Positions 1 through 14,032 are shown, counted from the first letter of the whole stretch. The stretch is 58,591 nt of DNA, filler included, from Platydemus manokwari (GCA_037951405.1; 5 parts of 5 records of this genome joined end to end with filler, not necessarily neighbours in it), one strand, 5' to 3'. Translations and numbers: made by a program. The notes: generated by a model not told the origin, from the letters alone.

Positions 1-54
1 TACAAAATAAATCAATAAATTATAAAACTTTTGTTTATATATTTAATTTCCAAT

Positions 55-440
55 TCAAAACGTAAGATAATGGATTTAAGTATCAAAGAGAAACAGAAAT
101 TGTTAAAATTAATCGATGAAAATAAAGGTTACTCTCAACGATTTCTTTCATAAAAATATAATCTTTCATTAGGCTGCATAAATAATCTAATGAAATCTAT
201 AGACTTCATTTTGAATTCAAACTTGAATACCAAACCAAAACGAAATAGGTCATCTTTTATATAAACTCTTGAATGAATGAATTTTAATTTAGATAATAAC
301 GTTACACAAGAGATATGGTGTAATAAGGTTGATTTATATCAAGCAGTAGTTTGGATTTCGAAAGCATAGAATAGTGTAAAACCTTCATCTATTTCTAATT
401 GTTTTACCAAGTCTTTCGAAAATGCGTATGTTAAAGAAGT
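55..440 (+). mobile_element. Tigger/pogo (CENP-B-like) transposase remnant, internally deleted
   Basis: Reads KRKIMDLSIKEKQKLLKLIDENKGYSQRFLS*KYNLSLGCINNLMKS (CENP-B N-terminal HTH pattern), then after a short stretch KVDLYQAVVWISKA*NSVKPSSISNCFTKSF (C-terminal end of a DDE_1 domain). In-frame stops; TIRs not identified. Confidence 0.7.
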
Positions 441-1677
441 ATAAAGAAGAATACTGAATGTGATGATTTTGCATGTTTAATTTAGTCGAAAAATATGAAA
501 ATGAAGAAACAAATGATAATTCTGTTGAAGAGATGGAAGAAGATCCAGTAATAACAGGATTTGAAGCCTATACATATGCAAGAAAACTTGAAAAACACTG
601 ATAAGATTAACAAAATATGGGATTTGGTTGAAGAAATTCAAGGAGAAGAAGTATGTAGACAATTTAAAATCACAGCCTTTATTATATCTCAAAGAAATAA
701 AAATTTTGAAAAATAAGAGTAATAAATACTTTTTTTTGTGAAATCTTTGATATTGTTACATATATATATATTACGTTTGACCACCTCAACAACTGATATT
801 TTTTAAAATTTCAGTAGCCTGTCGTAAAACAGCAAAGATTTCTCATAAAGTTAGTGTCCATAAATAACTAATGAAGCATACAACAGTAAATGCATGCAAA
901 AGTAATCTAGATTATAATAATTAATTTTTCAATAAAAAAAATTAAGACTTAACGATGAAATTTACCCTCGAAACCTGGTTTAAGACACTCTTTAAACCAT
1001 TACTCCATTTATTTTATTGATGAGAAAAATTATTTATAAAATATTAGCTTAATAATATAAATATTGATCTAATATGATTTTGATCTTCATTTTACAAGAT
1101 GACCAATCAATACTGGTTAATCGTTTTTTCAAACCATTTTATCAGTAACCTGAATAACATCCAATCTATTGAAAACAAATCAATTACATAATTGAGTTTT
1201 AGCATTGTAGTTTAAATAAGTGCAAAGTATGACATTTTACCAAGGTTTGTTCAAGTTCAAACAATTTTTTCACTGAACACAATTGATAAAATACTTAACG
1301 ATTAATTATCGAGTCTTTAACAAAACCAAATTTGATATTTTGTTGATCTTAAATTTTCGATAATGAAATTGTAACGAAACATTTTTTCGGGAAATAAGTA
1401 AGTTCAGGAAAACATTTCAAATTAAGTATTAAAACTTGTTCTACTTTAATTTATTTAAAACAAAACAAAGCTCGAAATTAACAGATAAATGTTTGAAATA
1501 TTTTTTTCAGGATTAATGATGTTTTAATTCTTTGTTAATTTTTCTATTTTTGAGATATTAACTGACTAAATAAAGAATCATTTAAAGTGATTTTAAAGTA
1601 GTTCAAATTGTTCTGTTAAATTGTAAAAACCTAAATGTAATAAAAAATGAATAATAATAATTTTTTTTATTTCTTCG

Positions 1678-2240
1678 TTATACTCTATAAAAAATATTTA
1701 ATATATGACTAACAATAAAGACTAGCAGTGCTACGATGGAAGAAATTTGAACTAATTTTTTGCAGTTTTTGAGGGTTATACTGATTTGGAAACCGACATC
1801 AATTACAGCGGACATACAATTGTGATACCTATTGCCCGATAGTAAAATATGTGAGTGTGAATGAAATGCCATTTCACTTCTGGTAAATGATTAATTTCTA
1901 TTTTCAAACTCCTATTCGACAATGTTGAGCAGAAAGGACCACTAATTTGATTAGGTGGGCTACCTATTGGAATAAGCAAAAATTCAATCTATTACTATAT
2001 TTATTTAGCTTCATGAAAAATTTCGGCCTTATCAAATGTTTTTAACCACTTTAATGTATAAAATCTATCATTCGGTTTTAAAACTAGCATTTTCGATACT
2101 TTTGTTAACCCTTATGCTCTTCAGTTCCAAACGATTGTATTATCGTATTATATGATTATCATAAATTTTTGTAATGGTTTGATAGATCCAAGATGTAGAT
2201 GCACAATTTGTAAACAAGTATGAAGAAATATACATAATAG
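1678..2240 (-). pseudogene. Decayed CUB-domain-like surface protein fragment with hydrophobic C-terminus
   Basis: Broken frames give SFKTE...TFDKAEIFH, then (after acceptor ccaatag) GSPPNQISGPFCS...SEMAFHSHS and the tail NCKKLVQISSIVALLVFIVSHILNIF*. This resembles CUB motifs F.LE..YDYLEIYDG..GRFCG..FHS. Stops and frameshifts present. Confidence 0.3.
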
Positions 2241-2495
2241 ATTTTGACTTAATTAAATCCAGACTTAAAATTTAGAGTTTGATAAAACTGTAGCTATGTA
2301 GAGTATAAATAGAATAATCAAATAAATAATAAGATTTCTAAAATATTATTTTAAGACAATTCGATATACACCAAATGCTATAACTTGAAATAATCAAATT
2401 GAATAACAAATAACTAGGAGTTAAATTTATTCATTTGAGTTATTGTTGAAGTTCCAACGTTCTTGTTTGATTTTAAGATCAACCTTTATGACTTT

Positions 2496-2507
2496 TGGTA
2501 GCAAGAG
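2496..2507 (+). mobile_element. Possible LTR-retrotransposon primer binding site (initiator tRNA-Met-like)
   Basis: tggtagcaagag resembles TGGTAGCAGAG (complement of the iMet tRNA 3' end) and follows an LTR-end-like ...ttatgac. No partner LTR found. Confidence 0.2.
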
Positions 2508-5500
2508 ACCTGGGTGCCAATAGTGGCTTGAAGATTGTTGGATTTAAAGTTTTACTATTGACTATTTTTAGGTTTTTTAAAGTTATTGACTATTTATAGA
2601 TTTAATTTAATCAATTTAGTTTTATCAATTATATGCCACTGTGCTTGATTTCATTCAAATAAAACGATTGAGAAGAAATAGTCCTTAGGTCAATGACCGA
2701 AAGAGACCTATGATGTCATTAGAATCTTTAGGTGGTTAGATATAAGGTTTCCGCAACTGCTATTCTGCTCTCAGTTTAAGTTGATTTTAAGTTTTGTGTA
2801 TAGTTTGATTGAACTGGGTTCAAGCCAAAACTCAATGACAGATATTTTAACAAATTAGAATATATTGTTGATAGATATTAAGACTAAAGAAATTTACTGT
2901 TTTCTTTATAGAAGTGTGCTATGGAACAATTTTTTCTTAGAGGGATAGTTCTGTGAACTAATTGTAATCGAAATGTAATTTGAAGGCTTATGATTGGTTA
3001 CTACCATGTTTCTCTGCCGTGCGTGTGTATCAACTCTGTGGAGGTTGTTACAGTGGTTTCTGGTTTCGTTTATTTTGTCGTTTAAATAAATAATTTATAA
3101 AAATAAGTAATTTATAATTTAAAATAAATTAATAATTTATTACTATCTCTAAATTACCATAATTAATTTCACACATATTAATACTATTTTGTCACTAAAA
3201 ATATTACTATTATATTATATTAATTATGTAAGTGCATAAAGACTTATAGTCATGTGATATACTCAATGGTTCTTGTGAGTTTGATTTCTTTAATTGACAT
3301 CTAAAACGAAATAATAATGAATATAATGTTCTGTTGATTATTTCTAAAATAAACCAATTGAAATTATTTAATTAGCACATTAAATTCTACGTTCAGTGTC
3401 GTGTGTTTGTGAAAATTATATAGATAGCTTTGGTTTAGTTAAATTATATTGTTTTCGAAAAATTATAATCTTATTAAATCGTAAGTGATATATTCTTGTA
3501 TTGATCAAAAATGTAAGCACTAGAGGTATCGCTACCAATGATTAGGCAATGATGCATTTGAATAAAGTCATTATTATCTACTACTATTTCATGCATTAAA
3601 AACGAATTGAAACGAATACAGCAGGATAAAGCACATTTTATTTATAATATTTAAACAACTTAACTAAAGACCATTTTAATCATTGATAGTATTTTAAATT
3701 ATTATTTCAATATTGATTTTTCGAAACTTTAAAATCTTCACAGTGACTAAGGGGTTGAATCTATCAATAGGTGAATAACTTAACTTTGAATTTGAGATTC
3801 TATTAAAAACAGAAAAGGACTACTCTTAACTGTTGCAGTATTATTGCTTGAGAAATATTTTAAATATTAATTTTGTGTAACTTTTCAAGAAAATATTTGA
3901 TTGAGTCGAGAGTAAATAGAAGAATGAATAACCAGACTTTTGTGGTATAAGAAATTATTCCTTAAATATATCGAAAATGTTGAGTGACTAATCTAATATA
4001 GATATTACAAACACCAATAGATGGACTTAAACCTTAAGTCGTTCCACATTATAGGCAGTGAAATTTTATTTTTTGCAAAATTAAACTTATTAAGGAAAGA
4101 AGAAGACAAAAATATATAAGAAATTTTTTCATGTTTTCAACCTAAAGCATTTACTTCAAGAAACAGATACTCAAGTAAATCCCACACTCAATACGCTTCT
4201 TAAACTGATCTAATCTGAGAATTTGAGTGCAAAAAACTGACGTCTAGACTTAACAATATCTATTGTATACAAAAGACAAATAATTAATGTGATAATAAGA
4301 TAAATTTAACAATATAAATATATCGTCGCAGTAATCTATGAACCTGTATGTTTCTGTATTCATAAAAAATAGTGATTTAAATGCTATTTGCACATGAAGA
4401 ATAAATGTGTAAATATTTTTAAATTACACTGTAAAAAGATTATGAATTTCAAATTAGTATAGTCATACTAAAATTAATAAATTAAATTTATTTGTGGTTA
4501 ACGTTTACGTTAAGGTAAAATTTAGATGTCATCGTAGTCTTGTTTATAATAGTGTGGGAATTTGAAAAAATAATACAACAAACTTAAATCCAAAACCTGC
4601 ACAACCACAGTGGAATCATGCTTGGAGGTAACCAAAACATATATGTCAACAACAAATCAAAATTCGCACACCCAGCTAATCGTTGATTGGACCAGAATTG
4701 AATTTTTGTGTAGATAGTAGTATTTCTTAGTACTTACTAGTCTTTGTGTCATAAATTTTAATTTTTACTTTATCCTTTGGGTAATAAACCACTGGAATAT
4801 CATGATTCGAATATATATATATAATTAAATACATTTAAATGCATCACAAAATAAAACACACTAAATCACCAAACGCAACGATTATTCAACAAAAAATAAA
4901 CATTCACAAACAGAATTACTATCAATTTACGATTCACAAACAAAATTCAAATTACAATAGATATCTTAATATCAGGAAAATTATATTCTCCAGCGCTCTT
5001 CGGAAATAAAGACAAGTGATAATAAGCGAGCTCAAAGCACTAGAGAAAGGTCAAGATCCGTTTAACAAAATAAAAGCAACGTCACGCGAAAAGGATACGA
5101 TAATTAGAAATTTTAATTAGTATGATCCACCTGTTCAAAACAATCACGTTGACATACTATTTTACCTTTTCTTTAGCAATACACTCACATTTCAGTATCA
5201 AAATTCCATTCGAAGTGGTACCCGTTGATAAATGTAAGTTTGATTATCTTAAATTGATAGTTAATATATATTATATTAAATTATATTATCATACAATATT
5301 GGAGTACATTGACGTGAAAGAAATTCCCAAATTTATTTATTAGATGAAAAGTACAATAAGTGATCAAAGAAAGACAGATATAAAGCAATAAATAACATGA
5401 AAATTGAAAGTACTACTTTGATCTACCCACGCATTATAAAACGACAATGATTATCAAAATTATTGATTTTTACAATTAGATTGGATACGCATTAACCAAC

Positions 5501-6119
5501 AATGGTGTATTCAAAAAAATTAATTCAATGCTTTTGTTTTTATCGCTACAAATATCAAATTATTTTTATTTTAAGCTCAAAATGAAAACAACTTCATTGA
5601 ATCGCATTTGATTTGTATTACATTTACTAGTTAAGGCTTAACAATCAAATAAAAATGAAAATAATATTCTTGTGCCTATTTTATCCGACCATATAAACGT
5701 TTTTTGGATTTCGAATCTAAAATTTATTATAATTTTAAATAGAAAAATTTATAATTCAAAATCAAATAATATTTTAATATTAATTTGTAGGTTTAAAATT
5801 TATGCCTGGGGCAGAGAAAAGTACAAAATAATATCGAATAAATTATTTTATTTTAAATTAATAGAAATAATTGATAACGAATATGAAAAATACGTTGTAC
5901 ATTCATTTTATGTTTCTTTTATTTATAGAATTGATAATTGATTTTAAAAATGTGAAAAGTAATCCCTTTTATTCATCTCAAACAAAAATATTTTTTCCCA
6001 TTTTAAAATCAATCAATTCACATCATTACATGAATGAACGACTCCTGGAAGATTTTCTCTCCAAAAAATTTAATTAATTTGAAAACCTAGCTGAGACTTC
6101 ATAAATCCTATTTCTAAAT

Positions 6120-6780
6120 TTAAAAAGTTGTTGGATCAGTAGAAAGCTTGAAAGGCCAACATATTAAAGTATATTTGTTCCATCTTTGTACTGAAAGTGG
6201 TTTTGAACTTATAATTTTTCTCAACCTTGACCTGATAGTAAGCTTGACTGAAACTTATCATGGAAAATTTATTGAACCGTTTAATAATTCCAGTAATTAA
6301 ATATCCAGTAATGGAAAAGTAATTTCAATTAATTTCCAATAATCAAAGCGCATTCTTATCGATCAATCTTTCTTAGGAACTACTACTTAGGACAAGTTCC
6401 AAGAGTTTATATAAGGCACAATGATGTCATTATCTAAATGACTCTCAATTGGATATTGAATTTCTTTTATTCGTTTAAGTCTGGGATTTTGTGCAATTGA
6501 TTATCATTTAAATCGGATCTGGTATTTGATTAAGTTTGTTAGTCCAAATTCTGATTGAGAAGTCATAAAAATGTACTATTTTCTTGGATACACTTTATCA
6601 ACGAAATATTATTACCAACAACAATACTATTAAAATCTATTTCAATTATGATTATTTTTCTTCTTAACATCCCATAGTTCATAATATGAGGCTTTACAAT
6701 ACTTCCCAAACTATCATAATTCATCACTGTTATTGTTGTACCTAAATTCCACAACATACCTAAGTTTGCTTTATTACATG
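6120..6780 (-). mobile_element. Ty3/Gypsy pol remnant (protease and RT N-terminus)
   Basis: MLWNLGTTITVMN (degenerate LLDTGA.ITV protease motif), NSWNLS*VVVPKKD*SIRMRFDYWKLIEIT and FSMISFSQAYYQVKVEKNYKFKTTFSTK are recognisable Gypsy motifs carrying stops. Confidence 0.8.
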
Positions 6781-8278
6781 TTATCGCCGTTCATTGTATT
6801 GGTGGTTATCATTTTCATGGATCTTTGCTATCGCTCGCTTCATATAGATATCACTTTGGTCTCGTGATATTGATTCCTTTTTACTTGTCCTAGTGTTATA
6901 TTGTCTTCTTTTCTGGATTTTCTATACATTATCTTTGATGGAATCAATTTGGTTCTTATCTTTTTCTTAGTTCTTTTTAATGATATTTACGGATCTTTCA
7001 AAATTGATATCCAGATCTTCTATTATTTCATCTATTATTTCCGCATGCAAGACAAAGGATTCATTGAAATTGCTGATTAGTATAATATGTAAAACAATCG
7101 TTTTGAATTCATATTTATACATGTTTTTTTGCAAACACTACAGAGACTAGTTTACGCACACGCAGGTCGTAGCATCAGGATTTCCCCTTAACTCATTTTT
7201 TAAGTGCTATCAATTATTTAACTTTGTTTGAAAAAGATTCGGTAAACAAAAAAGAAAAATATATTAATAATACTAATTCGTAAATCAAAGATAATAAAAT
7301 AAATCACTTTCAAGATTATACTTAAAAATGAAGAGGAATATGCACGCACAATTTCAACAGAGAAAACGAGTATAAATACGCCATTCATTTCAGACAGAAG
7401 GAACAGTTCAAAAAATACTCTATATATAAACCAAAATGTAAAACAGAAATAATACTAACACTTAAAAATTATAAAATAAAAAATTATAAAACATTTTCAT
7501 GCAAAAAATTTCCTTTCGAAAAATATTTTTAAAATCAATTTTAGCACAAAATTATAAATCAAAAGATTAACAATGTTTTACCACAATATACCGATAGCAT
7601 ATTCTTGTCATGATAAGTATTAAAATTATCATTAGATATTAATTCTTTCTAGGGAGGAAGCTAAATAACCAATAAATATGTATTCTTACTCTTACAGTAT
7701 TTCTCTGATCTTTTATCAGATTAACGTTCTGCATGTAGTCGTGATGGAATGAATTATTTTTTTGTATATCTTTATATTCTTGCTTATTTTTAACAAAATT
7801 TTCGATGTGACTAAAAAGTTTCTTAAAATCAAATATATAACCACTAACAAATAAAAAATAATTTACTGTCATTCTTAAATAATATTTGTATATATCGAAA
7901 TTATCAATATTGCTATTCATTTCTGATTTAGATAAAGTTTCGGAAATTTATTCAATTATATTTTTTTTGTATTTTGTTAATTTTGAACATATATAAATTA
8001 ATTAAATTAAATAACTAAATTAATTCTTAAAGAAATTCATTTTTAAATGGAATTATTACATAATTTTAAAAGTATTTTTATAACTCAATATAAATGTTCA
8101 AATTATGTCCATTAAATTTAAATTAAATTTATAATTATTCAAAATTTTACTTGTTGGTTTTAAGTTTTTTATGCAATTAATACATTGTTTTTCCAATATT
8201 GATGTTCACCATTGATTCAAGTTTTATACTCTTGTTTTAAAATTTAATTAATTCAAACTTGACTATATTAATTTGTAA

Positions 8279-9381
8279 ATGACAGCGCAGTAAGTTCTTT
8301 ATGAAATCATATGGTGCAATAAAAATATTTTATAGAACATTGAATAGTTGGGATATTGAAGACGATGATATAAGAAATGATGATAATTTAATATATGATG
8401 AAGAGTCAGGTTTATATAAAAAAATTAGAAAAACACTTAATGAAAAAAATGAGCTATGCCAAGAAGTATTACAATATAAATTAGAAACATTTGAAGTATC
8501 AGAGACTGTAAAATGTCGCAAGTTATGGAAAAAATTTGGCAAAGCTAAAAATGATCCACCGGGCCCCAATCCAGCGCAGACATTTTTGGGCGAAGAATTA
8601 TTTATGAAATTTTTTACCGATGAGACAGTAATTTTTATATAATATCTGTTATTTATGTAAATATTAGACTACAGTTGAAGAAGAGAAGAAAGTTAAAGAT
8701 CAAGGTGTACGTTGTCGAAAATGTCAAGGTGATCATCTATCATACAAATGTCCATACAAAGAGGAAATACAAAACATACAAGAGTTGACAGCCCAAATTG
8801 AAGGCAATAATATGGACTCTTCTCCAAATAAAGATGACATTGTAAGACCTGATATACTTTTAAAGGCAACGACAAATGGCAAATATCTACCACCACATAT
8901 GCGTGACCTCGGTCCTCCGACATTTTCAGATAAAAGACGGCCAGACAGTGCTTTAACAATTCGGGTTAGTAATTTACCGGAAGCAGCACAGGAAAGTGAC
9001 TTGGATGATCTCTTCCGGCCGTTTGGTAATGTTTCAAGAACATTCCTGGCCAAAGATAAATTGACTGGTGCATCAAGAGTAAGTTTGATATCAATAATCG
9101 TTTGTTTTAAAAATGAAGTAAAATTATTTATCCCACTGTAATTTATTTATTGTTTTGTTAAAGATAATATCCAATGCTTGATTGCTATATTATGAAATTA
9201 ATGTACTATTTTTCTAAGGGATTCGCTTACATAACATTTCATAATCGGAATGATGCAGCTAAGGCCATTGAAGGGGTAAATGGATTCGGATATGATCATT
9301 GTATTTTGCAAGTGGAATGGGCCAAGTGAGTGTGATAAAATAAAATAAAAATGTTTTGTTCTTTTATCATTTAGGCAGTAA
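8279..9381 (+). CDS. EIF3G: Eukaryotic translation initiation factor 3 subunit G; exons 8279-8289, 8336-8627, 8668-9078, 9219-9325, 9375-9381
   Basis: Spliced frame is open through all GT-AG junctions: [33 protein letters not shown] (eIF3g domain), zinc knuckle [36 protein letters not shown]...[29 protein letters not shown]...[17 protein letters not shown]. Confidence 0.97.
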
Positions 9382-11360
9382 GAGATTGATTATTCTTGAT
9401 ATGTTTTGGAATAAATCGTCAGCACAGGACTTGGTTTTGAATTTTGTTATTAGAATATTTATAATCAATTATTTTTATCTGACTTTTAAACGATTATCCA
9501 ATCAAATTTTATTAATTTGAACAAAAAATACTGGATATTATCTATTTAATTTATGCCTAATTTGAATCAAATCGACAATTAAAGTTGTTAATATTTGTTT
9601 ATCCCAATGCGAATTGAATAATCTGCAGTTTTAAGCGTGTCACAACTGTTTAAAAATATGATAAAAAAATCGTAAAAATAAAAGCAGGTTTGATTTTAAA
9701 ATTAGTAATTTTATGTGTAGTTGAGTTCCTTATTAAATCGCATTTAGTCTGATTTCGTAGTTCTTATCGGTAGTTCTCTGAATCCATCAATGACTAAATT
9801 AAAAAGTTGTGATTACGATATTGATAAATATAAATGGCGATATTAACTTAATTATTAATATATAAGCCTTCGAATATTTAATGTAGATCTTTGAAATATT
9901 TTTTGTCATTTCGGTCTATATGATAGTTGCAAATTTAGGATATATTTTGGTGACTATTCTTGATTAATAATACCTGCAATTATCTATTTGTTTTTACTTA
10001 TATACTCTACAAAAATTACATAAAGGCTATCTTAATAGTTTTGCTTTCTTTGGATAAAATTTTGTATTTATATTTACATTATCAAGCACTCCATGTGTAG
10101 ATGAAAATTGAAAAAATAAGCTTTGGAATTATCAAACTTGATATATATAGTAACTACTTGGAAGTTATATTTGAATTATTCTGTATTGAATGAAGTCGTC
10201 ATTTATGAGATTGATTTCAAAATAAAAGTTAAAAGGTTTGTAGAGAAAGTATGCCAATTTACAGAATCCAAAGCAGCTGTGGACTTCAACTAATAAATTA
10301 CCAAAACTCTAGGATCGTCCTAATACATGTTAAATGTTCCATCGAAAAACCTGCGCTAATGACGGAAACAGTTTAACAGAACAACGAAAAATACTCAGAT
10401 CTTTGAAATGCGATCCAAAAAACCGTCTAAACTGAATTGTGTAACTGTTCATCCTTGTTGTAATGGTAAAACTAGTCCAGAAGAAACCAAGGATGAATAA
10501 AAAAATGATAAATAGAATAGATCTTTCTTGCACAAAGTCAAATATAAATGCGACACAAGAGAACAACAAAAGTAGCTTTAAAAATATGGGAACAAGATAT
10601 CCCAGACTGAAATGATGAATTGCTTGTATGATTGAACTTGCAAACTGTGATCCATAGAGGAATAGAAGGAAAGAACCATGTACATCCAACACTTTAATGT
10701 ATGAGGGAATCTTGACTATCAATGTTTATGGATATTGCTACACTTTTATCTGAAATTTCAAAAACGAATAAAGATGATAAGTTAATCTGACCTAAAGTTT
10801 CTTAGACATTAAAAAAGTTTCTTAAGTTTGTCAAAGAGAATAAATTTTTCTTTGAAAAAATTTGATATAAGCTAATAACTTAAAATTTATTGAATTTGCT
10901 TGTTATATTACTTGTATATTCCTATACGTCCATATTTAATATTCATTCGTTAATATTAATAATGTGATCAAAAAATTTAATATATTTTATGTTTTACAAT
11001 TATATTATTGAAAAATTAATTTTTGGCCCAATGTACNNNNNNNNNNTAATTTTTGATTATGTAATTTAAATATAAAATGACTCAATAATAAACAGTAATT
11101 TAAATAACAACTTGTTTAAATACTTATTTCACGTGTTTATGTAACTTTTCAATATCAGATGAAAATTTATGTATAAAAAGACATGTAATTTTTATATCAT
11201 ATATGCGTTTTAAAATGCACATATGTGTTCGAATATTTAATCCAGATTTCATTTAAATTTGGAGATAATAATTCGAGAAATCAATGAATTGAAAATCACG
11301 ATAATTATTCAATTATCGTTTTGCATCATTTCAACAATGAAATATTAACGAATAAATAAT

Positions 11361-11945
11361 TTATATTTTTATCTCAAATAGCCTATTTATATGAGTTACC
11401 CAACTCAAAATTTCATCTTCATTGTTATTTAAAGTTGATAAATAATAATTTCTAATTCCATCGGAGCTTTCAATTTGAAGTTTTAAACTTTTTTTATTTT
11501 CAATGGTCGATGGGTATTCCATTTTTGTGCAGTTGTACAAGTCTATTGAACCTAATAAACTAATATGAATATGGTATGTAAAATGTCATGATTACCTTTC
11601 GGTGATTTTAAATCTTCATGATTTTCAAAATAATCAAAATATGTCCTTTTATTTTCATTGTTAGTATGCAGAACAAAATATCTGTTTCTATATTTCTAAT
11701 TACGTTTATTAATGCCTATAGGAAATATAGTCATTTACCATTGTTACTATTCCAAGTATTCTTTGCCGTTTACCATTTTTTAATGGCGGTGACTTTTTTA
11801 AATATCCTTGCTTGTGAACATCGTAATCTGAAGGATTTAGAGGTAATTGCCTTCTGTCTAACAGCTGCTTCGTTTTGGACTTGGAAGGACTTCAATTAAT
11901 TAAACTTTGATCTAAGAAATATAAATCAACTTACTCCAAATTCAT
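11361..11945 (-). CDS. Stand-alone PH-domain protein, GAB/DOS-type, 150 aa; exons 11945-11935, 11889-11739, 11695-11596, 11551-11361
   Basis: Introns of 45, 43 and 44 nt give a 453-nt open CDS: MNLDPSKSKTKQLLDRRQLPLNPSDYDVHKQGYLKKSPPLKNGKRQRILGIVTMKYRNRYFVLHTNNENKRTYFDYFENHEDLKSPKGSIDLYNCTKMEYPSTIENKKSLKLQIESSDGIRNYYLSTLNNNEDEILSWVTHINRLFEIKI*. GYLKKSPP, RYFVL, IDLYNC, RNYYL and SWV match GAB1 PH motifs GWLRKSPP, RWFVL, IDLNLC, RIFYL and KWV. Confidence 0.88.
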
Positions 11946-12739
11946 ATTAATAATTGCACAAGAAATTTATTTTCTATGAAATTAAGTTAATTGTATTTAT
12001 CATATAGAATTCAATTGAGTTTGAAAGTTTAGTACACAAATGGTTAGCGTGTGTGTGATAATTATACCTTATCTAACTGACGTGATATCGATTTTTATTT
12101 ATAAAAATACATAATATGAATGCTTATTAGATTTTATTTTGCTAGAAAAATTAACGGCTTAACAGCATCAATTAACATAATAAATTTCATATTTTCAGTA
12201 TTATCAATACGAAAAATAGAATCAGTTATAAAATAAATTCAATACCTATCAATAAAACTATTTTAGTATTGATGCCTGTTAATTTGTGGTTAGTAAAGTG
12301 AAATATATTATTGCTGATAAGATTTTACAAAGACATTACATTATTTAATTTTGGCTTTTTGAATATAAACCAATTAAGCAATCTCGAAAGATAAATTATA
12401 AATACAAGACAATTTAACAAGTTAACGTTATTTATTATAAAACTCCAATAAAAGCTATTCTTAAACATTTTTATTGTCAGGCACAAAATAAAAACTAATA
12501 CTTTAAACAAGCCTATGTCCTTCTGAACACAAACAACTTATAAAACTTAAACAATATATAGGACCCTACAAAAGAAATTTCGTTTTTATCAGTAAGAAAA
12601 TATATGAAGATCAAATTTAAAATTTTCTAAGTAGATTTTTCTTAGGTAAATTTTCTAAGGTAGATCATTAACAAGACTGGAAAGTTCAAGATTTCAAAAT
12701 TTAAATAAATCGATTAGAATTGGTTATATGATTTAGCCT

Positions 12740-13025
12740 GAAAGATGATGATAAATTTATTCGTTACAACTTTAACACGAAACAACGTTTTGTCTACCGA
12801 AATCCATCGCTTTCTTGTTGAAAGTTGGGAAGCAGAGGACGTTGTCAACCTTCAGAGAGTACACCAGATTAACAAAGAGTTTGCAGTAGAACAGAGAACA
12901 CTTTTTGAGCGAAACAAAGGCTCAGGAAGACTAAGAACGAGCACTTCAGAAGAGAATGCCATTACTGTGCGTAAAACGATTGAAGAAGATTGCCACTTAA
13001 GCTGTCTAGCCATTTCAACAGTCAC
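12740..13025 (+). mobile_element. Mariner-like transposase N-terminal (HTH) fragment
   Basis: STEIHRFLVESWEAEDVVNLQRVHQINKEF...GSGRLRTSTSEENAITVRKTIEEDCHLS follows the mariner pattern ATEIHR.L...SGRPRT...EN...V...IEED..LS. It ends at an (ATT)n tract. Confidence 0.75.
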
Positions 13026-14032
13026 TGACATTATTATTATTATTATTATTATTACTACGATATTTTGCGCGAATCAAGAGGCAATATCATGATCTCGAAA
13101 ATAAAATATAATTATTAGTGTTAACTAATTCTAAGGTTGAATCAAGTGGGTATGGACTTGGATCTAATAGTAAGAGGATAACTGAATGTTAGATCACAGA
13201 TCTAATCAGATATCAATTTATAGAACTACTAGCTGGAGCTATTAAAACATTAATTATCAAATGTGAAGGCGATTTATTTACAGTCGTTTGGCATTTATAT
13301 TTTTATGTTTTCGTAGAAAGGTATTCAAATTATCAACGTGAACTGATCCTTGATTTGTAGAATGAAAATGTTTGTTTAGATCATGTTACTCAAGGAGCAA
13401 AAAGCGTTTATAAATTCAACATCAATATTAATAAAATTTGCAAGATTTCACCGAAAAGATCGATAAAACAGTTTCAAAACTGAATTCGAAATATTCCTCA
13501 CTGAATCGATACTTACAGCTCTGAGGTAATTCAATAAAAATAGACCTGAACATGGTGAACAGAATGTATCTACAATGATAATATGCTTTCATAATTACAT
13601 TGAATTTCATTTCTAAATGAATTACGAACAGAAAAGACATTCATGTTTAATGAAAACTGAATAAAATATAGGACTGTGAAAATAAATCCTATAAATGAGA
13701 GCAACAATTCCCGCAGCCGATTCTCGATGAGAAAATGTTTTTGAGATGAGATTAAATGATTTATTTAATCTAAAATGATTGGTTAAATACAGGAAATTCT
13801 GCCATTGACTTCATTATTCGAGGTGAAATTAAAATGTATTTGGAGAAATTCATCTTTGAAGTAATGAAATTAATTAAAAAGGAAGTTTGTTTTTGAAGGA
13901 AAAATATTTTTAGAAAATTTAATTGTATTTTATTATCATTTTATATTTATGGGTTCCTATTATCATTATTGTGAGTTATTTTAAATGAATTGACATTTTA
14001 TATGAATTAAAATTTTGGATAAAATTAAAAAA

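Noticed and set aside
8330-9053. Minus-strand ORFs overlapping eIF3g (and plus-strand ORFs inside the coiled-coil and peptide genes)
   Set aside because: Antisense shadows of real exons.
10330-10722. 130-aa hydrophobic ORF as a membrane protein
   Set aside because: Antisense to a purine-rich, stop-riddled plus-strand stretch that looks like retroelement debris; no family motifs.
11618-11899. 93-aa plus-strand ORF
   Set aside because: Antisense shadow of the spliced PH-domain gene.
12745-13092. 115-aa ORF with an apparent C-terminal transmembrane segment
   Set aside because: Mariner fragment; the poly-Ile is a translated (ATT)n microsatellite.
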